A stretch of DNA of 62,876 bases, counting the filler. It is 4 parts of 4 records of this genome, joined end to end, with 100 filler letters (N's around TTAATTAATTAA, not from the genome) between each part and the next. Parts side by side here need not be neighbours in the genome. Positions count along the whole stretch, not along the records: positions 1 to 9,499 come from SRR20825019_2222; positions 9,600 to 19,734 come from SRR20825019_2225; positions 19,835 to 51,066 come from SRR20825019_2229; 1 more part is not named here. One strand, 5' to 3'. Below, one piece after another: positions 8,592 to 21,419 of this stretch. The translations under genes and the position numbers were made by a program. The first letter of the stretch is position 1, and the number at the start of each line of letters is the position of its first letter. The notes beneath the pieces are model-generated. The model had not been told where the DNA came from. It ran no database searches and saw only the letters and a list, made by a program, of their open reading frames with translations.

Positions 8592-9422
8592 TGAAAAAAT
8601 AATTTCTTCATCTGTACGTTTTTGCGCCAACAGCGCTATAGCTTCTTCTGTAAGCTGTAAAATTCTAGGATATCCCCCAGTTGTTTGTGCGTCTTTCATT
8701 AAAATAATAAGTTTTCCAGCAGGGGTAAATTGAACTGTTCCTGGCAGGGTTGACGAGGTTAAAATAGAATATTTATGTGGAAAAAGCTGTTGCTTTAATT
8801 GATATGCCATTCGGCTATTTTCCTTTGCAACATTAAATATTCCGCTTAACACTTGGTTTACTTGGTCTTTAGACAGTAAATTAAATTCTGGACCTTTGTA
8901 AACCTCCAATTCTTTATTATTAAAATCGTGATTCATTCCTGGTAAATGTTCTTTTACCTTATATTCTTTCCGTTTAGCTATTTCCAATGTTTTTCCCCTT
9001 TGCAAATGAGAATAGTTGGTTAAAGAAACATACCACGATTTACTTCCTAGAACAGTTTCGGTTTTAAATCCGCCTTGAACGGCTAAATAACAACGAAATC
9101 CATTTTTTAATTTCCCAAAAGAGATCATATCTCCTTTTTTTATATGATAAACTTCGTCATTATAGATATCATTTCCATTAAGTTTTGGAGAGATAATAGC
9201 GCCACTAATAGCTATAAGCGTTTCTTCATTAAATTCTAATTCAGGTCCCGTCATCGTTATTTCTAAAACAGCCGCTTTTTCTGGATTTCCAATAAGTTTA
9301 TTTGCAAATTTTGCAGAAATCATATCCATAACACCAGAAATAGGCACCCCTTTATCTCGATATTCAAACCGACCTAAATCTTGAATAGAAGAATAAAACC
9401 CGGGTTTATGTATTTGTATCAT
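8580..9422 (-). CDS. pxpC: 5-oxoprolinase subunit C (KipA / allophanate hydrolase subunit 2 family)
   Basis: PGFYSSIQDLGR, GFRCYLAVQGG, PGTVQ, DAQTTGGYPRI motifs. Confidence 0.92.
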   Translation of the reverse strand: MIQIHKPGFYSSIQDLGRFEYRDKGVPISGVMDMISAKFANKLIGNPEKAAVLEITMTGPELEFNEETLIAISGAIISPKLNGNDIYNDEVYHIKKGDMISFGKLKNGFRCYLAVQGGFKTETVLGSKSWYVSLTNYSHLQRGKTLEIAKRKEYKVKEHLPGMNHDFNNKELEVYKGPEFNLLSKDQVNQVLSGIFNVAKENSRMAYQLKQQLFPHKYSILTSSTLPGTVQFTPAGKLIILMKDAQTTGGYPRILQLTEEAIALLAQKRTDEEIIFSLKE

Positions 9423-9498
9423 CTAACTCATATGTTTTTAAATGAAAAATTCCAGCAGCTACTTGAATGGTAATTAGTTCGTGCTCGTCTTTATTAAT
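9406..9498 (-). CDS. C-terminal fragment, probably 5-oxoprolinase subunit B (truncated by contig end)
   Basis: Reads INKDEHELITIQVAAGIFHLKTYELDDTNT* and overlaps the pxpC start; identity inferred from the usual pxpB-pxpC order. Confidence 0.55.
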   Translation of the reverse strand: MNKDEHELITIQVAAGIFHLKTYELDDTNT

Positions 9499-9499
9499 A

Positions 9500-9599
9500 N
9501 NNNNNNNNNNNNNNNNNNNNNNNNNNNNNNNNNNNNNNNNNNNTTAATTAATTAANNNNNNNNNNNNNNNNNNNNNNNNNNNNNNNNNNNNNNNNNNNN
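9500..9599. other. Artificial contig linker (N44-TTAATTAATTAA-N44)
   Basis: Six-frame stop spacer flanked by Ns; genes truncated on both sides. Confidence 0.99.
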
Positions 9600-9600
9600 A

Positions 9601-10650
9601 ACCTACGCAATTCAATTTCACCCAGAAGTTTATCATACAACGCACGGAAAACAGTTGTTAGAGAATTTTCTTGTAAACATTTCTGGCGTTGAACAATCTT
9701 GGACTCCTGCTGCTTTTGTAGATACAACTGTAGCCACTTTAAAAGAGCAAATTGGCGATGGAAAAGTTGTACTTGGCTTAAGTGGCGGTGTAGATTCTAC
9801 AGTGGCTGCAATTCTTTTAAACAAAGCTATTGGAGATAATTTATACTGCATTTTTGTAAACAATGGGTTGCTTAGAAAAGATGAATTTGAAAGCGTGCTT
9901 CACCAATATAAAGACATGGGGCTAAACGTTAAAGGCGTTGATGCTTCGGAACGTTTTTTAAAAGCATTAAAAGGTGAAAGTGATCCTGAAAGAAAACGTA
10001 AAGCAATCGGGAATGCTTTTATTGAAGTATTTGATGATGAAGCCCATCAATTAACAGGTGTAGATTGGCTTGGACAAGGCACAATATACCCAGATGTTAT
10101 AGAAAGTGTTTCGGTAAACGGCCCTTCGGTGACAATAAAAAGTCACCATAATGTAGGTGGATTACCAGACTTTATGAAGCTTAAAATTGTAGAACCACTA
10201 CGTATGCTTTTTAAAGATGAAGTACGTCGTGTAGGAAAAGAAATGGGCATCGATCCAGAATTATTAGGCAGACATCCTTTTCCAGGGCCAGGCTTGGCGA
10301 TTCGGATTTTGGGCGATATTACAGCTGAAAAAGTTCGTATCTTACAAGAAGTTGACGCTATCTTTATAAACGGTCTTAAAAAATGGGATCTTTACGATAA
10401 AGTATGGCAAGCAGGCGCAATTTTACTTCCTGTAAATAGTGTTGGAGTAATGGGCGATGAAAGAACCTACGAAAAAGTAGTTGCTTTAAGAGCCGTAGAA
10501 TCTACCGATGGAATGACCGCAGACTGGGTAAACCTTCCTTATGAATTTTTACAAGAAGTAAGCAATCATATAATAAACCGCGTTAAAGGCGTTAATAGGG
10601 TAGTCTATGATATCAGCTCAAAGCCACCTGCAACCATTGAGTGGGAATAA
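9601..10650 (+). CDS. guaA: GMP synthase (glutamine-hydrolysing), 5' truncated
   Basis: [39 protein letters not shown]-terminal KPPATIEWE. Confidence 0.98.
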   Translation, partial: TYAIQFHPEVYHTTHGKQLLENFLVNISGVEQSWTPAAFVDTTVATLKEQIGDGKVVLGLSGGVDSTVAAILLNKAIGDNLYCIFVNNGLLRKDEFESVLHQYKDMGLNVKGVDASERFLKALKGESDPERKRKAIGNAFIEVFDDEAHQLTGVDWLGQGTIYPDVIESVSVNGPSVTIKSHHNVGGLPDFMKLKIVEPLRMLFKDEVRRVGKEMGIDPELLGRHPFPGPGLAIRILGDITAEKVRILQEVDAIFINGLKKWDLYDKVWQAGAILLPVNSVGVMGDERTYEKVVALRAVESTDGMTADWVNLPYEFLQEVSNHIINRVKGVNRVVYDISSKPPATIEWE

Positions 10651-10701
10651 TTAACTGAATTTGAGACCATGTTTAACAAATCTAAAAAATCGATTATCGC
10701 T

Positions 10702-12606
10702 ATGTTGAAGTATTTCAGCTACGTTACTGTGATCCTGCTTTTCACTATTAGCTGTGGCTCTGTGGCACAGCAACAATATAAAAGTCACGCTGTTCAAAAA
10801 GGCGAAACGGTTTATAGTATTGCTAAAGAATATAATATTTCTGAAGAAACAATATACAATCTCAATCCAGATGCAAAAAATGGACTGAAAGTAAATAGTG
10901 TTCTAATAATTCCTTCAACTAATTTAATAAGCTCTGGAACAAATAATAATAATTTCCGCGAGCATAAAGTAAGAAGAAAGGAAACTTTATACGGAATTGC
11001 ACAAAAATACAACGTTAGTATTGATGCTATTAAAAAGCTAAATAAAGACTTGTATTCCCGCGACCCTAAAAAAGGAGAGCGATTATTAATTCCTAATACA
11101 TCCGCTACAACAGGAACTACTAGTTCTACAGAAATTGGCAGCACATTACCTGGCACTCAAAAATACACAGTACAAGCAAAAGAAACCAAATACGGAATTG
11201 CCCGAAAATTTGGAATTTCAATTGCCGAATTGGAAAGTTTAAATCCAGAAATGGGCGAAAACCTTGCTATTGGTGCATCTCTTGTTGTTCCAGACAAAAC
11301 AATAATTGAAAATGCAGAAATTGACGATGAAAATTTTCAATATTACGAAGTGAAACCTAAAGAAGGGTTTTATAGATTGAAAACAAAATTTGGCCTTTCA
11401 GAAGAAGAAATAATAGCCCTGAATCCTTATGCCAAAGATGGTTTAAAAGTTGGGATGATTTTAAAGTTACCAAAAGAAGGGGTTTTAATTTCAGAAGAAG
11501 GTATTTCAGTAGTTGATCTAGAAAATAGAATAGACAACAAAAAAATGAAAACCATTGCTATGATGCTGCCTTTTAGATTGGTGCGTAGCGTAACAGATTC
11601 AACCAGTAACGACCAAGATTTATTGAAAAAGGACCCAACCCTCCGTATGTCTTTAGATTTTTATAGCGGCGCACTCATGGCTGCTGAATTTGCAAAAGAC
11701 AAAGGAATTTCTGTTACATTGAATGTATATGACACCGAAAAAAGCGAAAGCAAAGTAGCTTCAATCATTTCGGGAAGTGAATTTAAAAATGTGGATGCGG
11801 TTATTGGACCATTACTTCAAAAAAATGTTGAAAAAGCTTCCGCTATGCTAAAAAAGGATGAAATTCCAGTTTTTTCTCCTTTGAGCAATCGAGAAATGGC
11901 TATGAATGATAATCTTTTCCAAACACTTCCTACAGATGCTGTTCTTCAAAAAACGATGATTCGCTTTTTAAAAGAACATGCTCCTGGGAAAAACATTATT
12001 ATTATTTCAGATTCAAAAAGCCAGAAACAACGTGCAATGATTCAAACCGCTATTCCTTCAGCAAAAACTATTACTCCTCGTGAAGGTGGCTACATACAAG
12101 CTAGCGGGATTACTGCTGTAGCATCAGCAACAATGGACAATTGGGTGATTTTAGAATCTACAAACCCTGTGTTGGTAAGTAGCGCGGTAAATGTTCTTGC
12201 TGCAATGCCTGCTAGTTATAAAATTCGCTTATTTACATTAGATAGAAATGAAGCGTATGAGTGGCACGAAGTTTCAAGCAGACGTTTGGCTAAATTAAAT
12301 TTTACGTTTCCATCGGTAAATAGAAATATTTCTGAAGATGATCGCAATCCATTTTTAATTAGTTACAAAAATAAGTACGGGGTTTTACCAAACAGATATG
12401 CCATTCGCGGTTTTGATGTAACGTATGATGTGCTTTTACGTTTGGCATCAGAAAAAGATATTTACGATGCCATAATGCCCGAAAACGAAACGGTTTATAT
12501 TGAAAATAAATTCCGTTATCAAAAAACTAATTCCGAAGGCTACTCTAACGAAGCAGCTTATATACTAAAGTACAATAACGACCTTAAATTTGAAGTAGTA
12601 GAATGA
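10702..12606 (+). CDS. Exported protein with four LysM domains and a C-terminal type-1 periplasmic-binding-protein-like domain
   Basis: Signal sequence; LysM repeats HAVQKGETVYSIA, HKVRRKETLYGIA, YTVQAKETKYGIA, YEVKPKEGFYRL; IAMMLPF, DFYSGALMA, VIGPL, YAIRGFDV motifs. Confidence 0.9.
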   Translation: MLKYFSYVTVILLFTISCGSVAQQQYKSHAVQKGETVYSIAKEYNISEETIYNLNPDAKNGLKVNSVLIIPSTNLISSGTNNNNFREHKVRRKETLYGIAQKYNVSIDAIKKLNKDLYSRDPKKGERLLIPNTSATTGTTSSTEIGSTLPGTQKYTVQAKETKYGIARKFGISIAELESLNPEMGENLAIGASLVVPDKTIIENAEIDDENFQYYEVKPKEGFYRLKTKFGLSEEEIIALNPYAKDGLKVGMILKLPKEGVLISEEGISVVDLENRIDNKKMKTIAMMLPFRLVRSVTDSTSNDQDLLKKDPTLRMSLDFYSGALMAAEFAKDKGISVTLNVYDTEKSESKVASIISGSEFKNVDAVIGPLLQKNVEKASAMLKKDEIPVFSPLSNREMAMNDNLFQTLPTDAVLQKTMIRFLKEHAPGKNIIIISDSKSQKQRAMIQTAIPSAKTITPREGGYIQASGITAVASATMDNWVILESTNPVLVSSAVNVLAAMPASYKIRLFTLDRNEAYEWHEVSSRRLAKLNFTFPSVNRNISEDDRNPFLISYKNKYGVLPNRYAIRGFDVTYDVLLRLASEKDIYDAIMPENETVYIENKFRYQKTNSEGYSNEAAYILKYNNDLKFEVVE

Positions 12607-13007
12607 GCACAGCAAAAGTTACATATTTAGGAAATCTACGCACAGAAAACGAACACCTAAAATCTGGAAATAAATTTATTACAGATGCGCCAACAGATAA
12701 TAATGGAAAAGGTGAAGCTTTTTCACCAACCGATACTGTTGCCACGGGTCTTGCCAATTGCATGCTAACTGTTATGGGTATAAAAGCCCAGAATATGCAA
12801 GTAAATATGGATGGTACTACTGCAGTGGTAACAAAAACAATGGCTTCAGAACCAAGGAGAATTTCAAAAATTGAGGTTGTTTTTAATTTTCCTGCAGGAA
12901 TAGATGCAAAATCGAGAAAAATACTTGAAAATACTGCAAACACCTGCCCTGTGCATTATAGTCTGCATCCTGATATTGAAAAGGATGTGGTTTTTAATTG
13001 GGGTTAA
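12603..13007 (+). CDS. OsmC/Ohr-like (YhfA-type) protein
   Basis: TDAPTDNNGKGEAFSPTD; two conserved Cys (LANC, TCPV). Confidence 0.92.
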   Translation: MSTAKVTYLGNLRTENEHLKSGNKFITDAPTDNNGKGEAFSPTDTVATGLANCMLTVMGIKAQNMQVNMDGTTAVVTKTMASEPRRISKIEVVFNFPAGIDAKSRKILENTANTCPVHYSLHPDIEKDVVFNWG

Positions 13008-13099
13008 AAACACGAATTACATTTTAATGATATAGCCCAACTAAGTATTTTTATTATTTTAGCTTGAAAACTTAGTTATTATTTTGATTTTCAAAAGCT

Positions 13100-13630
13100 A
13101 TGAAATTACTACTCGCCTTTTTATTTATTTTTATTTCAGCTTCTGAAAATGATACTGAAAAAATTCTTTGGAAAGAAAACCAAAAACTCACTTGGGAAGA
13201 TTTCCAAGGAAAACCAGTGCTAAGCGCAGGTTTTGTAGCGAGCACCAATACTGGAATTAGCTTTCAGTACTCGTATTCTATCAAAAATGGGGAAATGGAG
13301 GTCACCTATTCCGTAGAGAGTTTTTTTAAGCCCGACGGCTCTTGGTACATTCCTGGAAAAGTTACTCCTTATATATTAGGACACGAACAAGCACATTTTG
13401 ATATTTCAGAACTTCATGCACGCATGCTTCGTAAAAATCTTGAAGGAAAAAAGTTTTCAAAAAAGATAAAATCTGAAATTGAACGTATTTATAATGCGGT
13501 AGAGCAAAAAAGACGGGCAATGCAAAATAAATTTGATGCTGAAACAGATCATTCTCGTGTAGAAGAAAAAGAAATTGAATGGGAAAAACACATAGCCCAA
13601 CAACTTGCCGAATATGAATCTTGGAAGTAA
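13100..13630 (+). CDS. Exported DUF922-like zincin-motif protein
   Basis: Signal peptide; KLTWEDFQG; HEQAHFDI (HExxH); ETDH. Confidence 0.8.
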   Translation: MKLLLAFLFIFISASENDTEKILWKENQKLTWEDFQGKPVLSAGFVASTNTGISFQYSYSIKNGEMEVTYSVESFFKPDGSWYIPGKVTPYILGHEQAHFDISELHARMLRKNLEGKKFSKKIKSEIERIYNAVEQKRRAMQNKFDAETDHSRVEEKEIEWEKHIAQQLAEYESWK

Positions 13631-13844
13631 CCCCGACCCAAACCACTTAATTGAATTGGCAAACTACAAGATGCCTTTCGGAAAATACGAAGGATATTAT
13701 TTGGCCAATATTCCTGAATACTATTTTGTATGGTTTAAGCAGAAAGGATTTCCAGAAGGAAAACTAGGCCGAATGATGCATGAAATGTATGAGTTAAAAT
13801 TAAACGGACTTGAAGGTTTATTGAAAAAACTAATAAAAAAGTAG
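13614..13844 (+). CDS. DUF3820-family small protein
   Basis: MPFGKYEG...IPEYYFVWFKQKGFPEGKLG...LKLNGLE signature. Confidence 0.85.
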   Translation: MNLGSNPDPNHLIELANYKMPFGKYEGYYLANIPEYYFVWFKQKGFPEGKLGRMMHEMYELKLNGLEGLLKKLIKK

Positions 13845-13879
13845 CGTTGGCTGTTGCAGGGAACGGTAAAAAAACCAGA

Positions 13880-14530
13880 ATGAAAAAAATTCTAAGCTAT
13901 ATATGGCCAACTACCCGACGTTTTTCATCTGAAATTAATGGCACTTTGGAAGTTACGTATAGCAATGGAAAAAAAGTTTTAGACACTGAAAACGCTAACT
14001 ACTCCTACGGATCTCTTCAAAAAATACTTGAAATTGGGCTCACAAAAATTGATTTAAAAAACACAAAAAACGTATTGGTTTTAGGAATGGGTGGCGGCAG
14101 TATTATTAAATCGCTTCGAGAGACATTTGAATATAAAAAAAACATAGTTGCAGTTGAAATTGATTCAGAAATTATAAAACTGGCTAAAGAAGAATTTGGA
14201 ATTGGTACTTCAGAAAACCTTCAAATTATAGAAGGAGATGCGTTTCAATATGTAAATACTTCCAAAGAAAAATTTCAACTTATAGTTGTCGACCTTTTTA
14301 TTGACATCAACGTGCCTCCTATTTTTTATGAAAAAGAATTCTGTAGAAACACTTCACAATTACTTCAAAAAAATGGATTTTTAATTTTTAATGTTGGTGT
14401 TAATCTCGAAAAGGATTCAAAAAACACTGAAAATATTCTTACAAATTTTGGAAGTAATTTTAAATTCCATGTTGAGGAAAAAGTGAATGGTACAAATACA
14501 CTAATTGTGGCCCAAAAACTTTCTACCTAA
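13880..14530 (+). CDS. SAM-dependent methyltransferase (spermidine-synthase-like)
   Basis: NYSYGSLQ, VLVLGMGGGS, AVEID, GDAF, IVVDLF; ATG at 13880. Confidence 0.85.
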   Translation: MKKILSYIWPTTRRFSSEINGTLEVTYSNGKKVLDTENANYSYGSLQKILEIGLTKIDLKNTKNVLVLGMGGGSIIKSLRETFEYKKNIVAVEIDSEIIKLAKEEFGIGTSENLQIIEGDAFQYVNTSKEKFQLIVVDLFIDINVPPIFYEKEFCRNTSQLLQKNGFLIFNVGVNLEKDSKNTENILTNFGSNFKFHVEEKVNGTNTLIVAQKLST

Positions 14531-14598
14531 AGTTTTTTTATTCATATAAGTTAAACCGCAACAATTAACCATTATCTTTTTCCTGCTTTCCACAATAA

Positions 14599-16263
<1,665 letters not shown>

Positions 16264-16394
16264 GACAATTTGGCGGAATCTCAAACTAGGCTTTATTGTT
16301 GCTTTGGGAAGATGAAATAAATTACAAACTAATCATTTCGAAAAATATTTTCGAAAATCATTAAAACGATCGTGGAACAAGTCTGCGGCTGAAT

Positions 16395-18281
16395 ATGGAA
16401 CAAAAGAAATTCGATTTAAACTCGCTTATAGGTTTTTTATTAATTGGTGGAATCCTAATATGGATGCTTTACCTAAACAAGCCTAGCGAAGAAGAACTTC
16501 AAGCAGAAAAGGCAAAAACAGAAGCTGCCGCACAAGAAAAGGCTGCGAACGAAAAAAGCAAGCAAGATATAAGCTTAGCTCAAGCAACTTCTGATACTTT
16601 AGAGGCTGTAAAACCAGGTGATTCATTAGCTTTAGAACAGTTAAAAAACAAACTCGGTTCATTTGCATATTCTGGAACACTTCCTTCTGCAAACGATGTA
16701 ATAACCGTTTTGGAAAACGATGTTCTTAAACTTACAATAAGCAATAAAGGTGGTTATATAACCGAAGCACTTTTAAAGAATTTCACTAAATACGATTCCG
16801 TTCCTGTTTATTTAATTAAAGACGGAAACGCTTCATTAAATCTTGAATTTTCTGCTGAAAACAGAAATTTAAATTCACAAGACCTATTTTTTGAACCAAC
16901 TTTAAGTAGAAATGGTGAAGAGCAAGTACTTTCCATGAAACTTAAAACTTCAGAAAGTGGCTTTATTGAATATCGTTATTCATTGCATCCAGGTGAATAT
17001 ATGATGGATTTTAGTATTACGAGTCAGGGGCTAGATGGTATTTTAAATACTACGCAACCAATTTATTTAGACTGGAATCTTAAAGGGTATCGCCATGCAA
17101 AAAGTATTTCATATGAAAATCGATATTCGCGCCTAACCTATGAATATGATGGTGAAAAACACTCAAAGCTTTCACCTACCAGTGAAGATGAAGAATTAGA
17201 AAAAGACGTTACTTGGATGAACTTCCGTCAGCATTTCTTCAGCTCTATGCTACTTACTGATACTCCGTTCAAGGAAGTAAAACTTACCTCTGTAGACTTA
17301 GTAAAGGATGAGGAAATAGACACAACCTTCACCAAACAATACGGTGCAAAGATGCTTTTAGAGCCAAAAGGTGGTGCAATTGCCTATACTATGAATATGT
17401 ATTATGGGCCTTCAGATTATCAAATATTTAAAAAATACGATCGTAATCTGGATGAAGCAATGCCATTAGGTTGGGGAATTTTTGGCCTAATAAATAAATA
17501 TATTATTATTCCATTATTCGCTTTATTAAGTGATTTTTTACCCGCTGGAATCGCAATTATTGTTTTAACTATTTTGATAAAGTTATTGCTTTCACCAGTT
17601 CAATACAAACAGTATTTGGCACAAGCCAAAATGAAGGTTTTAAAGCCTGAAATGGATGAAATAAAAGAGAAGTACAAAGACAATAAACTGAAGATTCAGC
17701 AGGAAACAATGAAGTTGCAGAACTCTGCTGGTGCCAGTCCGCTAAAAGGTTGTTTACCCGCAATTTTGCAAATTCCAGTCTTTTATGCGCTCTTTACATT
17801 TTTCCCTTCCGCTTTCGATTTACGTCAGAAAAGCTTTTTATGGGCAGAAGATCTTTCAAGTTATGACACTATAGCTGAACTACCTTTCCACATTCCATTT
17901 TATGGTGACCACGTTAGTTTATTCCCAATTTTAGCATCTATCGCCATCTTCATTTATATGATGATGACGACTGCACAAACCATGCAGCAACAGCAACAAC
18001 CAGGAATGCCAAACATGAAGTTTATAATGTACCTTTCACCCTTGTTTATGTTGGTGTTCTTCAACAACTACGCGAGTGGACTTTCATTATACTATTTTGT
18101 TTCAAACTTAATTACTATCGGAATTATGCTAGTAATTAAAAATTTCATTATTGATGAAGACAAAATTCACGCAAAAATTCAAGTGAAAAAAGCGCAGCCT
18201 AAGAAACAAAACAAGTTTCAACGAAAAATGGCTGAAATGATGGAACAAGCAGAACAGCAAAAAAAAGCAGGTAAAAAATAG
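16395..18281 (+). CDS. yidC: Membrane protein insertase YidC
   Basis: N-terminal TM, large periplasmic domain, GCLPAILQIPVF, FLWAEDLS, SGLSLYYFVSN. Confidence 0.97.
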   Translation: MEQKKFDLNSLIGFLLIGGILIWMLYLNKPSEEELQAEKAKTEAAAQEKAANEKSKQDISLAQATSDTLEAVKPGDSLALEQLKNKLGSFAYSGTLPSANDVITVLENDVLKLTISNKGGYITEALLKNFTKYDSVPVYLIKDGNASLNLEFSAENRNLNSQDLFFEPTLSRNGEEQVLSMKLKTSESGFIEYRYSLHPGEYMMDFSITSQGLDGILNTTQPIYLDWNLKGYRHAKSISYENRYSRLTYEYDGEKHSKLSPTSEDEELEKDVTWMNFRQHFFSSMLLTDTPFKEVKLTSVDLVKDEEIDTTFTKQYGAKMLLEPKGGAIAYTMNMYYGPSDYQIFKKYDRNLDEAMPLGWGIFGLINKYIIIPLFALLSDFLPAGIAIIVLTILIKLLLSPVQYKQYLAQAKMKVLKPEMDEIKEKYKDNKLKIQQETMKLQNSAGASPLKGCLPAILQIPVFYALFTFFPSAFDLRQKSFLWAEDLSSYDTIAELPFHIPFYGDHVSLFPILASIAIFIYMMMTTAQTMQQQQQPGMPNMKFIMYLSPLFMLVFFNNYASGLSLYYFVSNLITIGIMLVIKNFIIDEDKIHAKIQVKKAQPKKQNKFQRKMAEMMEQAEQQKKAGKK

Positions 18282-18326
18282 AATCTAAATTTTAGCGTTT
18301 ACTTTTTAAGCAAATGAAATAACGCA

Positions 18327-19019
18327 ATGAAAAAAACAGCTATATTTTTTTTCTTCGGAATAATATTCTGCTTCGGCAAAGCTTTTTCTCAATCTGAAAT
18401 AAACCAATTGGATGCTAATGGCAACCGTCATGGTGTATGGAAAAAAACCTATGAAGGCACTGATCAACTTCGTTATGAAGGTACATTTGATCATGGAAAA
18501 GAAATAGGTGAATTCAAATTTTATTGCGAAACCTGTAAAGATATTCCTACAGTTACCAAAAAATATAATGGTAAAGATGCTGTAGCAGACGTAAAGTACT
18601 TCACAAATAAGGGAAAACTTGTTAGTGAAGGAAAAATGAAGGACAAAGACCGAATTGGAACCTGGGTTTACTATCATAAAGATTCCAAAAATGTAATGAC
18701 CCTAGAAAATTACAGCAACGGAAAGCTTGAAGGAAAAGCAACAACATATTATCCTGACGGAAAAATTACAGAAGAAATACTTTACAAAAACGGTGTAAAA
18801 GAAGGTGAAAACATCTACTATTCACCTGAAGGTGTTGTTTTAAAAAAATTATTTTACAAAGAAGACCAACTTCAAGGTTCTGCCTTTTATTACGATGCCT
18901 ATGGCAATGTTATTATTGAAGGATTCTATAAGGACGACAAAAAACACGGACTTTGGAAATACTATAAAAATGGCAAAGTAATACTTGAGGAAACCTTTCC
19001 GAAACCAAACAAAAACTAA
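18327..19019 (+). CDS. Exported MORN-variant repeat protein (YwqK-like)
   Basis: Signal peptide; repeated YxNGKxEG/GxWxYY units. Confidence 0.85.
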   Translation: MKKTAIFFFFGIIFCFGKAFSQSEINQLDANGNRHGVWKKTYEGTDQLRYEGTFDHGKEIGEFKFYCETCKDIPTVTKKYNGKDAVADVKYFTNKGKLVSEGKMKDKDRIGTWVYYHKDSKNVMTLENYSNGKLEGKATTYYPDGKITEEILYKNGVKEGENIYYSPEGVVLKKLFYKEDQLQGSAFYYDAYGNVIIEGFYKDDKKHGLWKYYKNGKVILEETFPKPNKN

Positions 19020-19069
19020 TCTATTTTTTATAGTAAGGTAGTCTAAAAGCTTCCGACAATACCATTTAG

Positions 19070-19734
<665 letters not shown>

Positions 19735-19834
19735 NNNNNNNNNNNNNNNNNNNNNNNNNNNNNNNNNNNNNNNNNNNNTTAATTAATTAANNNNNNNNNN
19801 NNNNNNNNNNNNNNNNNNNNNNNNNNNNNNNNNN
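19735..19834. other. Artificial contig linker
   Basis: N44-TTAATTAATTAA-N44; abrupt switch from AT-rich to GC-rich sequence. Confidence 0.99.
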
Positions 19835-19860
19835 GCCGGAGAGTAGCGCTACTCTCCGGC
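19835..19860. terminator. Perfect 26-bp palindrome GCCGGAGAGTAGCGCTACTCTCCGGC, likely intrinsic terminator downstream of atoE
   Basis: Self-complementary; 19 bp after the atoE stop; the contig begins exactly at it. Confidence 0.65.
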
Positions 19861-19879
19861 CTTTATATTTGGATGGCAG

Positions 19880-21187
19880 TTAAAGCCAGGTCAGGCCCGC
19901 GCTGATAATGATGCCGGTGACGATCAGCAGCATCAGGCAGTAGCCCATGATGTCCTTGGCTTTCAGCCCAGCGATGGCAAGCACAGGCAGAGCCCAGAAA
20001 GGTTGTAAGAGATTGGTCCAGGCGTCGCCCCACGCAACCCCCATGGCCACTCTGGATATGTCAGCGCCAAGCTCCTGTGCAGCAGGCAGCATAACCGGCG
20101 CCTGAACGGCCCACTGGCCGCCGCCGGATGGCACGAATATGTTGACCACCCCGGCGCTGATAAAGCTCCAGAATGGCAAGCTCTCGGCGCTCGCAATGGA
20201 CACAAACCCTGTTGAGATGCTTGCTGCCAGTCCGGAAGCTGTCATTACGCTCATGATGCCGGCGTAGAACGGAAACTGGATAACGATGCCGGCGCCGCCT
20301 TTCACGGCTTCATTCAGGCTGGCAAGCAGGCGCTTTGGGGTCTGGTGCAGGATGATGGCAACAAACAGGAACATGAAGTTCACGATGTTCAGGTTCAGCC
20401 CGCCACCCTCGATAAAGTATTGGAAGATGAATGCGATACCACTGAACCCGATCAGCCAGGCAAGTGTTCTGCTGTTCTCCAGATAGTCGGCCGGGCGATT
20501 GATAACAACCGAAGTGTCGGGCTCATCGTCCAGGATTTTGGGGTCCGCGTACACGCTGTCTCTTTCGTTGGGCAGCATGAGGCGGTTAACCAGGGGCACA
20601 ATAATAAAAAGTGCGGCGACGATGGCCAGGTTGAAGAAGGCGAAGATGGTTTCACTGGTGCCGATAACGCCGATCACATCTGCAGTGAAGTGGTTCTCTG
20701 TGGCAATCGTCAGTGGGATGGAGCCTGCAAGCCCGCCGTGCCAGACAATGAACCCGGAATAGGCACTGGCAATCAGCAACGGATAGTGTACGCGGATTTG
20801 CCGGGCGAGGGCTTTGGCAAACAGCGCGCCGACCACCAGGCCAAAGCCCCAGTTGATCCAACTGGCGATCAGCGCGATGAAGGTAACCAGTACAATTGCC
20901 TGGCCCGGTGTTCTGGCAAGGCCTGCAATCCGGTTCAGGATGCCACGCACCAGTGGGGTGCTCGCCATCATGAAGCCGGTGACCAGTACCAGCAGCATTT
21001 GCATTGAGAAGGTCAGCAGGTTCCAGAAACCGTCCCCCCACATCTTTACTACCGCCATGGGGCTATGCCCCTGGAACACCATAGCGGCAACGAATGACAG
21101 CAGTGTCAGTATGATGACGAATAGGTAGGGGTCCGGTAGGTATTTGTCTACCAGACTGACCATAGGTTTGGCTGCTCTGTCTAACAC
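19880..21187 (-). CDS. atoE: Short-chain fatty acid transporter
   Basis: KYLPDPY, FWNLLTFSMQM, QFPFYAGI, VPSGGGQWAVQ, WGDAWTNLLQPFWALP; probable GTG start at 21187. Confidence 0.95.
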   Translation of the reverse strand: MLDRAAKPMVSLVDKYLPDPYLFVIILTLLSFVAAMVFQGHSPMAVVKMWGDGFWNLLTFSMQMLLVLVTGFMMASTPLVRGILNRIAGLARTPGQAIVLVTFIALIASWINWGFGLVVGALFAKALARQIRVHYPLLIASAYSGFIVWHGGLAGSIPLTIATENHFTADVIGVIGTSETIFAFFNLAIVAALFIIVPLVNRLMLPNERDSVYADPKILDDEPDTSVVINRPADYLENSRTLAWLIGFSGIAFIFQYFIEGGGLNLNIVNFMFLFVAIILHQTPKRLLASLNEAVKGGAGIVIQFPFYAGIMSVMTASGLAASISTGFVSIASAESLPFWSFISAGVVNIFVPSGGGQWAVQAPVMLPAAQELGADISRVAMGVAWGDAWTNLLQPFWALPVLAIAGLKAKDIMGYCLMLLIVTGIIISAGLTWL

Positions 21188-21419
21188 ATTGTCCCCCAAT
21201 ATTTTTTTCAGCTTGTTTTGTTGCTGGCAAGCTAAACTAAAAGCCTGGGGTAGCACCAACTATCCTTTCGCCGTATTGCATTACTCATTCATTGGGGGAG
21301 GGGGGTACTCCAACCTTCGTCTATTGCTCCCAGATAGCCCGATTTCTATAATCAATCGTTGGTCCGCTGCCTGATAGCGGCACAGCGATCTTCACAATCC
21401 CAATAAAAAGGAAAACCAC

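Noticed and set aside
9544-9555. TTAATTAATTAA as a biological repeat or recombination site (also 19779-19790 and 51111-51122)
   Set aside because: Identical N-padding each time; it is a synthetic six-frame-stop spacer.
13846-13879. Cassette-type recombination site before the methyltransferase
   Set aside because: Only a GTTGGC-like core; no matching inverse core or stem found.
18327-19019. YwqK-type toxin-antitoxin module
   Set aside because: The protein has a signal peptide, has no adjacent toxin, and sits between housekeeping yidC and mnmA.
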